38,157 nucleotides of DNA from Candidatus Woesearchaeota archaeon. GTDB taxonomy: Archaea > Nanobdellota > Nanobdellia > SCGC-AAA011-G17 > ARS1178. The stretch covers positions 1-38,157 of the forward strand of contig CAYIWE010000001.1 in assembly GCA_964367025.1 (NCBI GenBank), read 5' to 3'. The notes beneath the pieces were generated by a model, which was given only the letters and a program-made list of their open reading frames with translations, was not told the DNA's origin and did not search any database. The position numbers were made by a program, and so were the translations under genes. Below are positions 8,868 through 16,763 of the stretch, in pieces (the first letter of the stretch is position 1; each line of letters starts with the position of its first letter).

Positions 8868-9383
8868 ATGAAAAAGATTTTGTTATTTATTGTATTTTTG
8901 ATTTTAATTCAGATCGTTATAGCTGGTGATATGTATAAAATAGATATTGAAAAAAATGACCAGACTTTTTTTACATTGAAAGAGAGAGATTTGATGAGGT
9001 TTGATTGGAAAGATAAGGAACATAAAATAATGGTAAGACAAATTAATGAAGACAAGAAAAGTGTTGATTTAACAATATATGTGGATGGTGCTCCTACACC
9101 ACAATATGTTAGTGTTTCTCCCACTCGGTTTGTAAAAGTTGATTTTGATTTAGATCGCATTGATGATTTACAAGTAAGGCTTGATTCCATTGAAGGAAGT
9201 AATGTAACTCTTGGATTAACAAAGATTAAAGAGGAGAAGATTAATAGTATAACTGGTAATGCAGTTAAAGACTTAAAAATAGATACTAAAATTGGGTGGA
9301 GTATTGTTGTTGGGATCATTGTTCTAGGATTAGTTGTTTATTCTTTTGTATTAAGAAAGGGTAGAAATAAGGATTTAGAATAA
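8868..9383 (+). CDS. Small secreted protein with a C-terminal TM anchor
   Basis: Signal peptide ILLFIVFLILIQIVIA and C-terminal TM segment WSIVVGIIVLGLVVYSFVL. Its central domain (EHKIMVRQI ... VDL ... VDFDLD) resembles the pre-anchor domain of the 613-aa protein. Confidence 0.62.
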   Translation: MKKILLFIVFLILIQIVIAGDMYKIDIEKNDQTFFTLKERDLMRFDWKDKEHKIMVRQINEDKKSVDLTIYVDGAPTPQYVSVSPTRFVKVDFDLDRIDDLQVRLDSIEGSNVTLGLTKIKEEKINSITGNAVKDLKIDTKIGWSIVVGIIVLGLVVYSFVLRKGRNKDLE

Positions 9384-9417
9384 AGGGGATTTGTGGGTTA
9401 ATTCTTTGGTAAAAATT

Positions 9418-9596
9418 CGCCGAGGCTGGGACTTTCAGACTTTTTAGTGAAGTTTTTTCCTAAAAAAGTTCATTCGAACCCAGATACCCCGAAGGGAACA
9501 GGCTTTCTATCAATCTGGCTCAAGGCTTACACACCCTTTTCCGTGAACGCTTTTCTTAAAAGGGTTCTGCGCAATACCAGATTATGCGACCTCGGC
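9418..9596 (-). tRNA. tRNA-Ser(UGA) with three predicted introns
   Basis: Acceptor stem GCCGAGG/CCUCGGC with discriminator G73. D-arm GCAU-AAUCUGGUA-UUGC. The anticodon arm CAG[intron ~9566-9527]GC-CUUGAG[intron ~9518-9505]A-GCCUG gives stem CAGGC/GCCUG and anticodon UGA. Long variable arm CCC-UUCG-GGG. T-arm CUGGG-UUCGAA[intron ~9472-9432]U-CCCAG. A TATA-like CTTTAAAAATA lies about 25-33 nt upstream. Junctions are accurate to about 2 nt. Confidence 0.68.
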
Positions 9597-9633
9597 ATAA
9601 GAATAAAGAGAATCGCTGTATTTTTAAAGTTTT

Positions 9634-9870
9634 TTATAATTCTATTTCGCCCCAGTTCCATGGCCTATTCAAAATTAGATGTTTGCATTCGCCTTTTAAT
9701 ACATTAATATTTTTGTTTTTTAGTTTATTAAAGTAGTAATCATCCTCTGAGTTATCAATTAAAAGCACTGAATAATTTTCATAAGTTAAATTGTTTATAG
9801 ATTGGGAATATTCTTCTAAACAATATTCTTGATACTTGGAAGTTGGACATCCAACTAAAATTTTAGGTTT
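9634..9870 (-). pseudogene. Start-less fragment resembling the N-terminus of a GT-A-fold (family-2-like) glycosyltransferase
   Basis: Minus-strand frame reads KILVGCPTSKYQEYCLEEYSQSINNLTYENYSVLLIDNSEDDYYFNKLKNKNINVLKGE..., ending at TAA (9636-9634). It has no ATG/GTG/TTG start. The frame overlaps the end of the methyltransferase gene and runs into the tRNA-Ser promoter region. Confidence 0.35.
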
Positions 9871-10453
9871 CGTTTTCAGACAAATAAATTCTATAACCTG
9901 TTTTTTTTGTTATGACTTTTAAATTTCCAAATATTTGTTCCATATATTCTGATAAATATTTCCCGCCTTTATTGTGTCTAGCCACTAGTTCTAATAAACC
10001 GTTTTTGTTTAAGTGCTCTTTTGCATGTTTGACCATATCTAAACATATTTCTTTTCCTGCTGTTTGCGGCGGGTTTATCAAAATTGTATCAAACTTTATA
10101 TTTTTTAATGGTTCGTATAAATTGCCTTGAATAACTTTTGCATTTCTTATGTTATTTATCTTTAAGTTTAACTCTGCTATTTGACATGCTCTTTTATTTA
10201 TATCTGTTAAATAAACATCCTCTTTTGTTAATTTTGATGCAACTAAACCAATTATACCGTAACCACAACCTAAATCAAGGGTTTTTCCCTTTATAACCAT
10301 ATTATCTATTAAAATTACTGTTCCTTTATCTATTCTTTTGGGTGAAAACATTCCAGAAGCAGTGTATATTTCAAAACTAAAATTTCTTAAATTTACTCTT
10401 AGTTTTTTTAGTTTTAGTTTTGATGTTTGGGTTTCAGAGTAGTAATGGGTCAT
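9863..10453 (-). CDS. Class I SAM-dependent methyltransferase (MTS-domain, RsmC/RsmD-like)
   Basis: Motif I LDLGCGYGIIGL, the DIN motif (LTDINKRA) and ILINPPQ (NPPx motif of N-methyltransferases). Its start overlaps the upstream gene stop by 4 nt. Confidence 0.8.
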   Translation of the reverse strand: MTHYYSETQTSKLKLKKLRVNLRNFSFEIYTASGMFSPKRIDKGTVILIDNMVIKGKTLDLGCGYGIIGLVASKLTKEDVYLTDINKRACQIAELNLKINNIRNAKVIQGNLYEPLKNIKFDTILINPPQTAGKEICLDMVKHAKEHLNKNGLLELVARHNKGGKYLSEYMEQIFGNLKVITKKTGYRIYLSENET

Positions 10454-11037
10454 TTCATAACACCTAATAAAGTTAATATTAATCTGTCTGTTAATTTGAT
10501 TAAATCATCTTCATTTTTTGCTTCTATTATAATACAGTATCTATCTCTATAAATTTTATTTTCTTCTTTATCGTGTTCTAAATCAATCACAGTTACCAAA
10601 TAATTAGAATCATTGCAAGTTTTGATTGGTGCTTCCCCACCCGGTTTTGTTAAAGTATTTTCTGTTCTTATTTTAAAAACTCCCCAATCTGGGTGTAATC
10701 CTAAAACTTTACTCAAGTGCATCATTGCTATAGATGTTTTTCCTGTTCCGTTTGGGTCTGTTGTTATGAATACCTGAGTTGAATTTAAGACTATATTTTT
10801 TATAGAATCATCAAAAGTAATGTTCTCTTTTTCTAAACTTCTTGGATCATATCTTAAGTCTACTAATACAACTCTCTCTTTTTTTCCTGTTTCTTCCAAG
10901 AAAACTGTGGCTGCCCAACCATACTGATTTTTAGTTATTGTAAATCCATTATACTCATACCTATCACTTCTTCCAAAGCAACCACTGATAAAAATTAGAG
11001 ATAATATTAAAAACAAAAATAGTATCTTTTTATTCAT
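10450..11037 (-). CDS. Lipoprotein-like secreted protein, paralog of 11034-11624
   Basis: Signal peptide with lipobox-like LIFISGC. It shares the PIKTC ... Y..(N/R)(C/YC)(L/I)II ... D(K/R)L(L/I)L motifs with the upstream gene. Confidence 0.6.
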   Translation of the reverse strand: MNKKILFLFLILSLIFISGCFGRSDRYEYNGFTITKNQYGWAATVFLEETGKKERVVLVDLRYDPRSLEKENITFDDSIKNIVLNSTQVFITTDPNGTGKTSIAMMHLSKVLGLHPDWGVFKIRTENTLTKPGGEAPIKTCNDSNYLVTVIDLEHDKEENKIYRDRYCIIIEAKNEDDLIKLTDRLILTLLGVMK

Positions 11038-11624
11038 TTTTCTATTAACATATCGAGAAGTAATTTATCTATTTTCTTTGTTATTTCCTGGTTATTTCCT
11101 TGAATTATAAGGCAGTTTTCAGAGTAAAAAATTTCTTGTTCTTGTGATTGCTTAAATAAGATTATTTTTTGTTGTGTTGTAGCATCTTTACAGGTTTTTA
11201 TTGGTATATTTGGACACTGTTCATTCTCTTCTGAACATGAGTTTATTAATGGAGTATTCAGGAATTGTTGTAGATTCCCTAATAATTCAATTTGCATATA
11301 ATTTGTGGTTTCTTTGTAATTTCTTGTGACATATATTTTCTGTGCTGAGTTTAAATCATTTAAAAAAACTTTTGGGATTTGTATTTGTTCTAGATCTTTT
11401 GGGTTAGAAGATATCATTATTGGTTTATTGTCTATATAAGTTAACCATTTATCATTTGCTTTTGAAAATGTTTTTTGTTTATACTGGGTTCTTTCATCTT
11501 CTGTTTCTCTTACAACTACAAAGCCAAGGACACTAAATACCATTAAAAAAATGATTATTATGGCCATTAATAATCTTGATTTGTTAGAACTGACATTTCT
11601 TGGACTCTTAAATTTTTGTTTCAT
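11034..11624 (-). CDS. N-terminally anchored extracytoplasmic protein, paralog of 10450-11037
   Basis: TM segment LLMAIIIIFLMVFSVLGFVVV. C-terminal motifs PIKTCKD and ENCLIIQGNNQEITKKIDKLLLDML parallel PIKTCND and RYCIIIEAKNEDDLIKLTDRLILTLL in the next gene. Confidence 0.6.
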   Translation of the reverse strand: MKQKFKSPRNVSSNKSRLLMAIIIIFLMVFSVLGFVVVRETEDERTQYKQKTFSKANDKWLTYIDNKPIMISSNPKDLEQIQIPKVFLNDLNSAQKIYVTRNYKETTNYMQIELLGNLQQFLNTPLINSCSEENEQCPNIPIKTCKDATTQQKIILFKQSQEQEIFYSENCLIIQGNNQEITKKIDKLLLDMLIEK

Positions 11625-11705
11625 AGTATAAAGTATTTAATGATATAATAAAAATCTTTCGGCTTTAGAAATGATAAATAAAAAGAAAAAAAAGAAAAAG
11701 TTTTA

Positions 11706-14111
11706 TTAGACTGTTGTAACCTTTATGTTGGCTGTTTCTAAACCACTTCCAGTTACTTTTGCTTCTGTACCGGTTAGAGTAAAGCTTCCGTAATTTTGCA
11801 ATACTTTAGTTGCTCTTCTAGTATCGTCTGCATTGTAACCTGCTACAACCAAAGCTACATTACCACCATTCTCAACAACCTTCAAAACAGCTTCTCCTGC
11901 TTTGTATGTTGTTCTAAAGTCATCTGCTGTCATTGCCAAAAATTGTGCTGTTAGTGTGTTAACTGCTGGTCCACCAACCAAAATTAAGTTGTGTGAACTT
12001 GGTGCACTAACTTCTGAGTCCAATACGTTTATATTGGATGGCAATGGGTTAATTTTGTAGCTTCCACCTGAAGAAACTGTTGAAACACTTGTTCCTTTTA
12101 CAAGAACATTTGCTTTAACATTGCTTCCTGGTATTTCTAATACTTCTTTGTCACTAGCACTATTTGAAGTTGGGTTTCTTATGATAATACCATATATACT
12201 TCTATGATCTTCATCTTTTGAACCTTTTTCAAGAGTAGCTGCATCATTTCCCCATAAGATATCATCACCCTCTGCTGTTCCTCCTCCCTTGTCATCACCA
12301 ATAGAATCAAATGCAGCACCACCAGTAGCTACATTAAAACCTGTCCTTATTGTAATATTATCGTCTGTGTAAGGTAATTCTGTGGCCACATATGGTGCAA
12401 AAGTTAAGTTTGCAGTTGTATTTAGTGATGAGTCTTGACCATAGTATATTTTTATGTCATCGCCTTTTGTATCTTTGAAATTGATGTAACCTATCCAAGT
12501 CTCATTTAAAACTCCAAGATCACTAACTTGAGTTACATTACCTGCAAATTGTATTTTATTACCTGTGTCTTCATAGTAAATTTCTACCATATCTGTATCT
12601 CCTACACCACCAGCAGCAGGAGTATCTACGGTTGTTGCATTACCTCTCCATAACCAAATATTATCTGTTTTAATGTCTGCTGTGGATGAAGCATTTGTAG
12701 TATGCCAACCATTACCACCACCAGCACTTTGTTTTACTACTAATCCTTCTGCTTGGCTAGATTGTATGTGAAGTGTAGCTTCGTTTGAACCCCTTCCATA
12801 TCCTGCTTCACTCAAATCTGTTGAAGTTAAAACTTCTACTGTAACAGTCATATAGTCATCATCTGGTACTGTCAAACTATCCAAACAGATTGAAACATAG
12901 TTATTTGGTAATTCAAGACATTCACCAACTGTTAAAGCGTCTCTTGATGCTGTATCTTTAAGCACATAGTTTATTGCACCTAATCTTGGTGTTGCTAAAC
13001 CATTACTATCTACTTCTGTACCCATTCCAGTTTCGTTGTTGAATAAATCACTGGCTTGATTATTGGATAAACCGTCAATATCCCATTTCCAATTTGGACT
13101 TTCTGAGTCTTCTCCAACATAAGCGTCTCCATCTTTAAAGGTTTGTTGTGATTCTTTTCCAATAACTAATGAAGCTGAATTTTGTTCTTTTGCAATTGAA
13201 GTGTAAAATGCTTCATCATTAGTTACTTCAATTCCATTACAAGTTTCTGTACTACCAGTTGAGATAATACAGGAAACACCGTCTACGTCTACAACAATTG
13301 AGTCTGTTGAACCAACATTTGTCAAGCTTATTGTTTTACCTTCAACAACAACAGAGTCACCAACATCCATGAAGTATTCATCTCCAACATAAGCTGTAAA
13401 CTTAGTGTGAGAATCTGTTGTGTCAGTACTTGTTATCTTCAAAGACTTACCCAAGAATTTTAATTCTAGTGGTTTTGAAGCTGTTGCTTTAGATATGTTG
13501 ATTGCTTCATCAAACAAATAGTAGTAACCAATACTATACCTTCCAATTTCCATCCTTACATCTGTTTGGTAATCGTCATCAGAACTTGAAATACTTGTTT
13601 GAACAGAAATATTGTTTAAAAATCCAAGTACTACTGCTTCTCTTACATCGTAATCTGCACTTTGGAAGGTAATTTCTGTATCTTGTAGTGTTGATATATC
13701 ATCATCTTCTAGTTCACCATCTAAACCAATAACAGTTGAACCCACTGTTTGAGCGGTTCCTGCTACACCGTCACCACCCCTAATGTTCATACGAAGTGGG
13801 ATATCTGCTGTAGCTCCACCTGCAACAGTTACACTACCTGAAGTTGATACTGAGGTTTTTGCTGCATACTGAAGACCTCCAACAATATCGGATGCACCTA
13901 AGTTATCTGATGGTTGTGATTTTGAACCTATAACAACCAACATAGAAGAATCTGGCACTCCATTAGCGCCTACAAAAGGTGCTGGGTAATCAGCTAGTGT
14001 TGTTGCTGCCATTGCTCCTGTCATTGTTGCACCTAACATTGCAACACCAGTAGATATAGCTGCGACTTTTTTGATGGCTTTTTTAGCCCTCAATACAAAT
14101 TTTTCCTGCAT
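11706..14111 (-). CDS. S-layer (surface layer) protein, Methanococcales-like N- and C-terminal blocks
   Basis: Signal peptide KKVAAISTGVAMLGATMTGAMA followed by LADYPAPFV. C-terminal NLILVGGPAVNTLTAQFL block. The composition is Gly/Thr/Ser/Asp-rich and visibly more GC-rich than neighbouring genes. SD GGAGGTG lies 8 nt before the ATG, and the 5' leader is long. Confidence 0.8.
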   Translation of the reverse strand: MQEKFVLRAKKAIKKVAAISTGVAMLGATMTGAMAATTLADYPAPFVGANGVPDSSMLVVIGSKSQPSDNLGASDIVGGLQYAAKTSVSTSGSVTVAGGATADIPLRMNIRGGDGVAGTAQTVGSTVIGLDGELEDDDISTLQDTEITFQSADYDVREAVVLGFLNNISVQTSISSSDDDYQTDVRMEIGRYSIGYYYLFDEAINISKATASKPLELKFLGKSLKITSTDTTDSHTKFTAYVGDEYFMDVGDSVVVEGKTISLTNVGSTDSIVVDVDGVSCIISTGSTETCNGIEVTNDEAFYTSIAKEQNSASLVIGKESQQTFKDGDAYVGEDSESPNWKWDIDGLSNNQASDLFNNETGMGTEVDSNGLATPRLGAINYVLKDTASRDALTVGECLELPNNYVSICLDSLTVPDDDYMTVTVEVLTSTDLSEAGYGRGSNEATLHIQSSQAEGLVVKQSAGGGNGWHTTNASSTADIKTDNIWLWRGNATTVDTPAAGGVGDTDMVEIYYEDTGNKIQFAGNVTQVSDLGVLNETWIGYINFKDTKGDDIKIYYGQDSSLNTTANLTFAPYVATELPYTDDNITIRTGFNVATGGAAFDSIGDDKGGGTAEGDDILWGNDAATLEKGSKDEDHRSIYGIIIRNPTSNSASDKEVLEIPGSNVKANVLVKGTSVSTVSSGGSYKINPLPSNINVLDSEVSAPSSHNLILVGGPAVNTLTAQFLAMTADDFRTTYKAGEAVLKVVENGGNVALVVAGYNADDTRRATKVLQNYGSFTLTGTEAKVTGSGLETANIKVTTV

Positions 14112-14170
14112 GTCTAAGACACCTCCGTCTTTTACACGAATTTTTATTTTAATAAATAAATTTTCTGATT

Positions 14171-14215
14171 GTCCTATTAGAAGGACTTGCCTCTCTTTTA
14201 TCCTATTAGAAGGAC
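14171..14215 (-). promoter_or_regulatory. Two copies of the palindromic 15-16-mer GTCCTTCTAATAGGA(C) in the S-layer gene leader
   Basis: Copies lie at 14171-14186 and 14201-14215, with starts 30 nt apart. Each can form a 5-bp stem (GUCCU/AGGAC) with a 6-nt loop. They sit between candidate TATA boxes and the SD. Confidence 0.45.
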
Positions 14216-14240
14216 GTATTTATATAATTAATAACCTCGG

Positions 14241-14254
14241 TATTTAAAGCTTTT
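14241..14254 (-). promoter_or_regulatory. Candidate BRE/TATA of the S-layer gene (AAAAGCTTTAAATA on the minus strand)
   Basis: The core is the same as in the promoters of the five-paralog array (AAAAGCTTTAAATATT at 17837, 19513, 20064). A second TATA-like stretch lies at 14217-14232. Confidence 0.45.
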
Positions 14255-14390
14255 GGTTGCTCTGTTTCCTATGGAAAATTAATATTTTACCGAATATAAA
14301 ATAAGTGATTTTGAGGTTTATAAGGGTTTGTTTATTTTACGATTTTTTGTTTAAATTTGTGGGTAAAATATTAAAATTTAATGTTTATTT

Positions 14391-14409
14391 TTACTACTAT
14401 TAGTAGTAA
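14391..14409. repeat. Perfect 9-bp inverted repeat TTACTACTA-T-TAGTAGTAA downstream of tRNA-Val
   Basis: Seen directly in the sequence. It is flanked by T/A-rich tracts and may be a 3' end or terminator hairpin for the tRNA-Thr/Val transcript. Confidence 0.35.
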
Positions 14410-14430
14410 AACCTTTTCTTTAATAATAAA

Positions 14431-14571
14431 TGGGCCCGGTGAGACTTCCTATAATCTAATGCTGATACAAGCCCTAGTTCTTATGTTCGAACTCACGACC
14501 TTTTGGCCTTAATTTTGTGATTAAGTCCACCATGTCAAGGTGACGTCATAGCCAGACTAGACCACGGGCCC
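14431..14571 (-). tRNA. tRNA-Val(GAC) with two non-canonical introns (variable region and T-loop)
   Basis: Acceptor stem GGGCCCG/CGGGCCC with discriminator A73. D-arm GUCU..UGAC. Anticodon arm UCACC-UUGACAU-GGUGG. A 25-nt insertion (~14525-14501) lies between position 43/44 and GGUC. T-arm GUGAG-UUCGAA[~14485-14445]U-CUCAC. Confidence 0.72.
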
Positions 14572-14574
14572 AAA

Positions 14575-14690
14575 AGCCTCAGGAGGGAGTTGAACCCCCG
14601 ACCTATTGCTTTCTTATTGTTTTTTTGGTGAAACTTTTTACCAAAAAAGGTTTTACAAGGCAATTGCTCTACCAACTGAGCTACTGAGGC
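14575..14690 (-). tRNA. tRNA-Thr(UGU) with a canonical 37/38 intron
   Basis: GCCUCAG-UA-GCUC-AGUUGGUA-GAGC-A-AUUGC-CUUGUA[intron ~14653-14611]A-GCAAU-AGGUC-GGGGG-UUCAACU-CCCUC-CUGAGGC-U. It lies 3 nt upstream of tRNA-Val. Confidence 0.85.
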
Positions 14691-14728
14691 TTAATAAAAG
14701 ACTTATTTTAGAAAATTTATATATTTTT

Positions 14729-15304
14729 CTACTTAATCTTTTTTAGAACTCTGACATCACACACAGCAACAGGGTAAATTTTACTTAGCGTACTTTTTAA
14801 TTCTTTTTGTAGTGTGTACGATATTAAAGAGGTTATTAGTTCACTATAATCTTGTTTTTGAATTTTAGCTGTTAAGAATTCCTTGGATTTGTGCCTTAAA
14901 TTAGATAAAATTGAACGTTTTGTTTTTGATTTTGTCATAATAAGTAATTTTAGAACTAATTTTATGTTATTTTTTGTTTCATAAATATTTACATCGTCTA
15001 TTTTTTCTCTTCCTGTCCTTGTGATTCTTTTAATAAAAGATGGTATTAATTCATAACCTATTACTTCTGTTAAAGCATTACTTTCATTTACATTATTTAT
15101 TGAAAAAATAATTTTTATATTTTGGTGTTTTATTTCTCTTGTTAAATTCATTAGGCTAACTTTTATGGTTCTGCCTATCAGTGATTTGGGATCAGAAGAG
15201 ATAGTTTCAGCAATGACTTGTTTATTGAACTCTGATGAAGCGAGAACAGTATACCATTTCTTCTTTTTCTTTTTTACTTTTTCTTTTTTTATTTGTGTAT
15301 TCAT
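14729..15304 (-). CDS. rps3ae: 30S ribosomal protein eS1 (S3Ae)
   Basis: KKKKKWYTVLASSEFNKQVIAETISSDPKSLIGRTIKVSLMNLT ... IYPVAVCDVRVLK follows the archaeal S3Ae pattern. Confidence 0.88.
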   Translation of the reverse strand: MNTQIKKEKVKKKKKKWYTVLASSEFNKQVIAETISSDPKSLIGRTIKVSLMNLTREIKHQNIKIIFSINNVNESNALTEVIGYELIPSFIKRITRTGREKIDDVNIYETKNNIKLVLKLLIMTKSKTKRSILSNLRHKSKEFLTAKIQKQDYSELITSLISYTLQKELKSTLSKIYPVAVCDVRVLKKIK

Positions 15305-15330
15305 TTTTAGGGAATTATTGGTTACTATTT

Positions 15331-16752
15331 TTAAACATTTTGTTTTATTTCTTCTTCCATAGTTTTTTGTTTTAAGATTTCTATTGCATTTTTTATGAAA
15401 ATTGCTTCTTTTTCTTGTGAGATTACTGCTCCTGCTGCTGTTTTATGGCCTCCAGTTTCATAACCTATTTTTTGGGTTATTTCTGAGAGTAATTGTTTAA
15501 GGTCTAAATCTGGATTTTTATTAGTTGTTCTAAATGAGATTTTTGTTTGTCCATCTAAAGTATGGGCTAATGATAGAATAAATGTATCTTCTTGGTATAA
15601 ATTAGATTTGGAGAGTATTGAAGAGAGTGTCCCTATTAGGGTGTCTCTTATTTGGTCTTCTGCATTTATAATTGTGAAACCTGTTTTTTCTATAATTTTT
15701 TCTGTATTTCTGTTCTTATAAAACCAGTTAATAGCCTCACTAATTTCTTTTTTATATTGTGTTAGTGTCTTTAGTGCCATTTCTTTTATTTTTTTATCTC
15801 CAAGACATAGTCCTAAACCAAGGGATTCTTTATTGAGTCTTCCACATGCATTTAATAGTGTAGAGAATTCTTTTGCGTCTTTTGTTGGGTTTTCGTTTTC
15901 TTCTTCTTCCAATATATAAACGGGTCCTAAAACATCGTCTGGGCTTTCTATTTTATTTAATCTTTTTAGTATAATTCCTGTTATTAATCTCTTTAATTCT
16001 TCTTCTGATAAATTAACTAATTTTTTAAAGCGATTTCCTTCTCTTGGATTAATGCCAAGTTCATTAAGGAAATTTAATGCGTTTTCTTCTGAACCGGTTA
16101 TTCCTGGAATGAATGGGTCTGTTGAGTATTCTAAAACTTTGTGTATGGGTCTTGTTTGTGCACCGAATATTCTTAATCCAGTTATGACTTTGATTTTTTT
16201 AATTTTTATGGCATCTTCTAGGATTTTATTATTTAAGTGTTTAAATCCTTTATACTCTTGAATATCTCCGATTGCTCCAATTATTGCTAAATGTGCTAAA
16301 TCCTCGTTTTTCTTATTCAATGATTTTGCAAACAAATAAGCGATGCCAGAAGCAGAAATTTCTTTTGAACCGTCTATATTAAATAAGTGTGGGTGTATTA
16401 AGTTAATTGGTTCAGGGTTTACTTCTTCCATCTTATGATGATCTAAGATAAATATTGTTTTATTTGGTAGTATTTTTTTTATTTCAGATAAAGAAGAAGA
16501 ACCCAGATCAGTAAATATATAACAAGGGTAATCTTCTTTTGAAAGTTCTTTTAAAATATCTGAATTTAGTTGTTTAATAATCGAGGAACAAAGTGGTATC
16601 TGTTCTCGTTGTAATGCTTTTATTATTATGGAGCATGCAGTTATACCATCTGCATCTAAATGGGAAATTATTCTTACTGGCTGTTTATTTAATTCTTTAA
16701 ACAATTTTGATGTTTTTTCCACTATTTCAAAAAAAAATTCATACTCTTCCAT
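15331..16752 (-). CDS. DHH/DHHA1 phosphoesterase, archaeal RecJ/GAN (Cdc45-like) nuclease
   Basis: DHH motifs ISHLDADGITA, FILDHHK and GGHKTAAGA. It lies directly downstream of rps15. Confidence 0.78.
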   Translation of the reverse strand: MEEYEFFFEIVEKTSKLFKELNKQPVRIISHLDADGITACSIIIKALQREQIPLCSSIIKQLNSDILKELSKEDYPCYIFTDLGSSSLSEIKKILPNKTIFILDHHKMEEVNPEPINLIHPHLFNIDGSKEISASGIAYLFAKSLNKKNEDLAHLAIIGAIGDIQEYKGFKHLNNKILEDAIKIKKIKVITGLRIFGAQTRPIHKVLEYSTDPFIPGITGSEENALNFLNELGINPREGNRFKKLVNLSEEELKRLITGIILKRLNKIESPDDVLGPVYILEEEENENPTKDAKEFSTLLNACGRLNKESLGLGLCLGDKKIKEMALKTLTQYKKEISEAINWFYKNRNTEKIIEKTGFTIINAEDQIRDTLIGTLSSILSKSNLYQEDTFILSLAHTLDGQTKISFRTTNKNPDLDLKQLLSEITQKIGYETGGHKTAAGAVISQEKEAIFIKNAIEILKQKTMEEEIKQNV

Positions 16753-16763
16753 TTTTTAAGAAT

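Noticed and set aside
9418-9600. Possible RNase P RNA (minus-strand GAAAGUCC, CAGAACCC, GGGUGUGUAAGCC) or SRP RNA (plus-strand CCCCGAAGGGAACAGG resembling helix 8)
   Set aside because: The RNase P-like motifs occur in the wrong 5'-to-3' order (V-like, II/III-like, then I-like) and the locus is too short. The SRP helix-8 symmetric loop cannot be built. The whole locus is fully explained as a tRNA-Ser with three introns.
9447-9707. 86-aa ORF in the ORF track
   Set aside because: It lies antisense over the multi-intron tRNA-Ser gene. It has no SD or promoter and an odd composition. The locally higher GC content is explained by the tRNA exons.
10732-10761. Walker-A-like string DPNGTGKTS in the 195-aa protein
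   Set aside because: It does not fit GxxxxGK[ST] because the first Gly is missing. The protein has a signal peptide and lipobox, so it is predicted to be extracytoplasmic.
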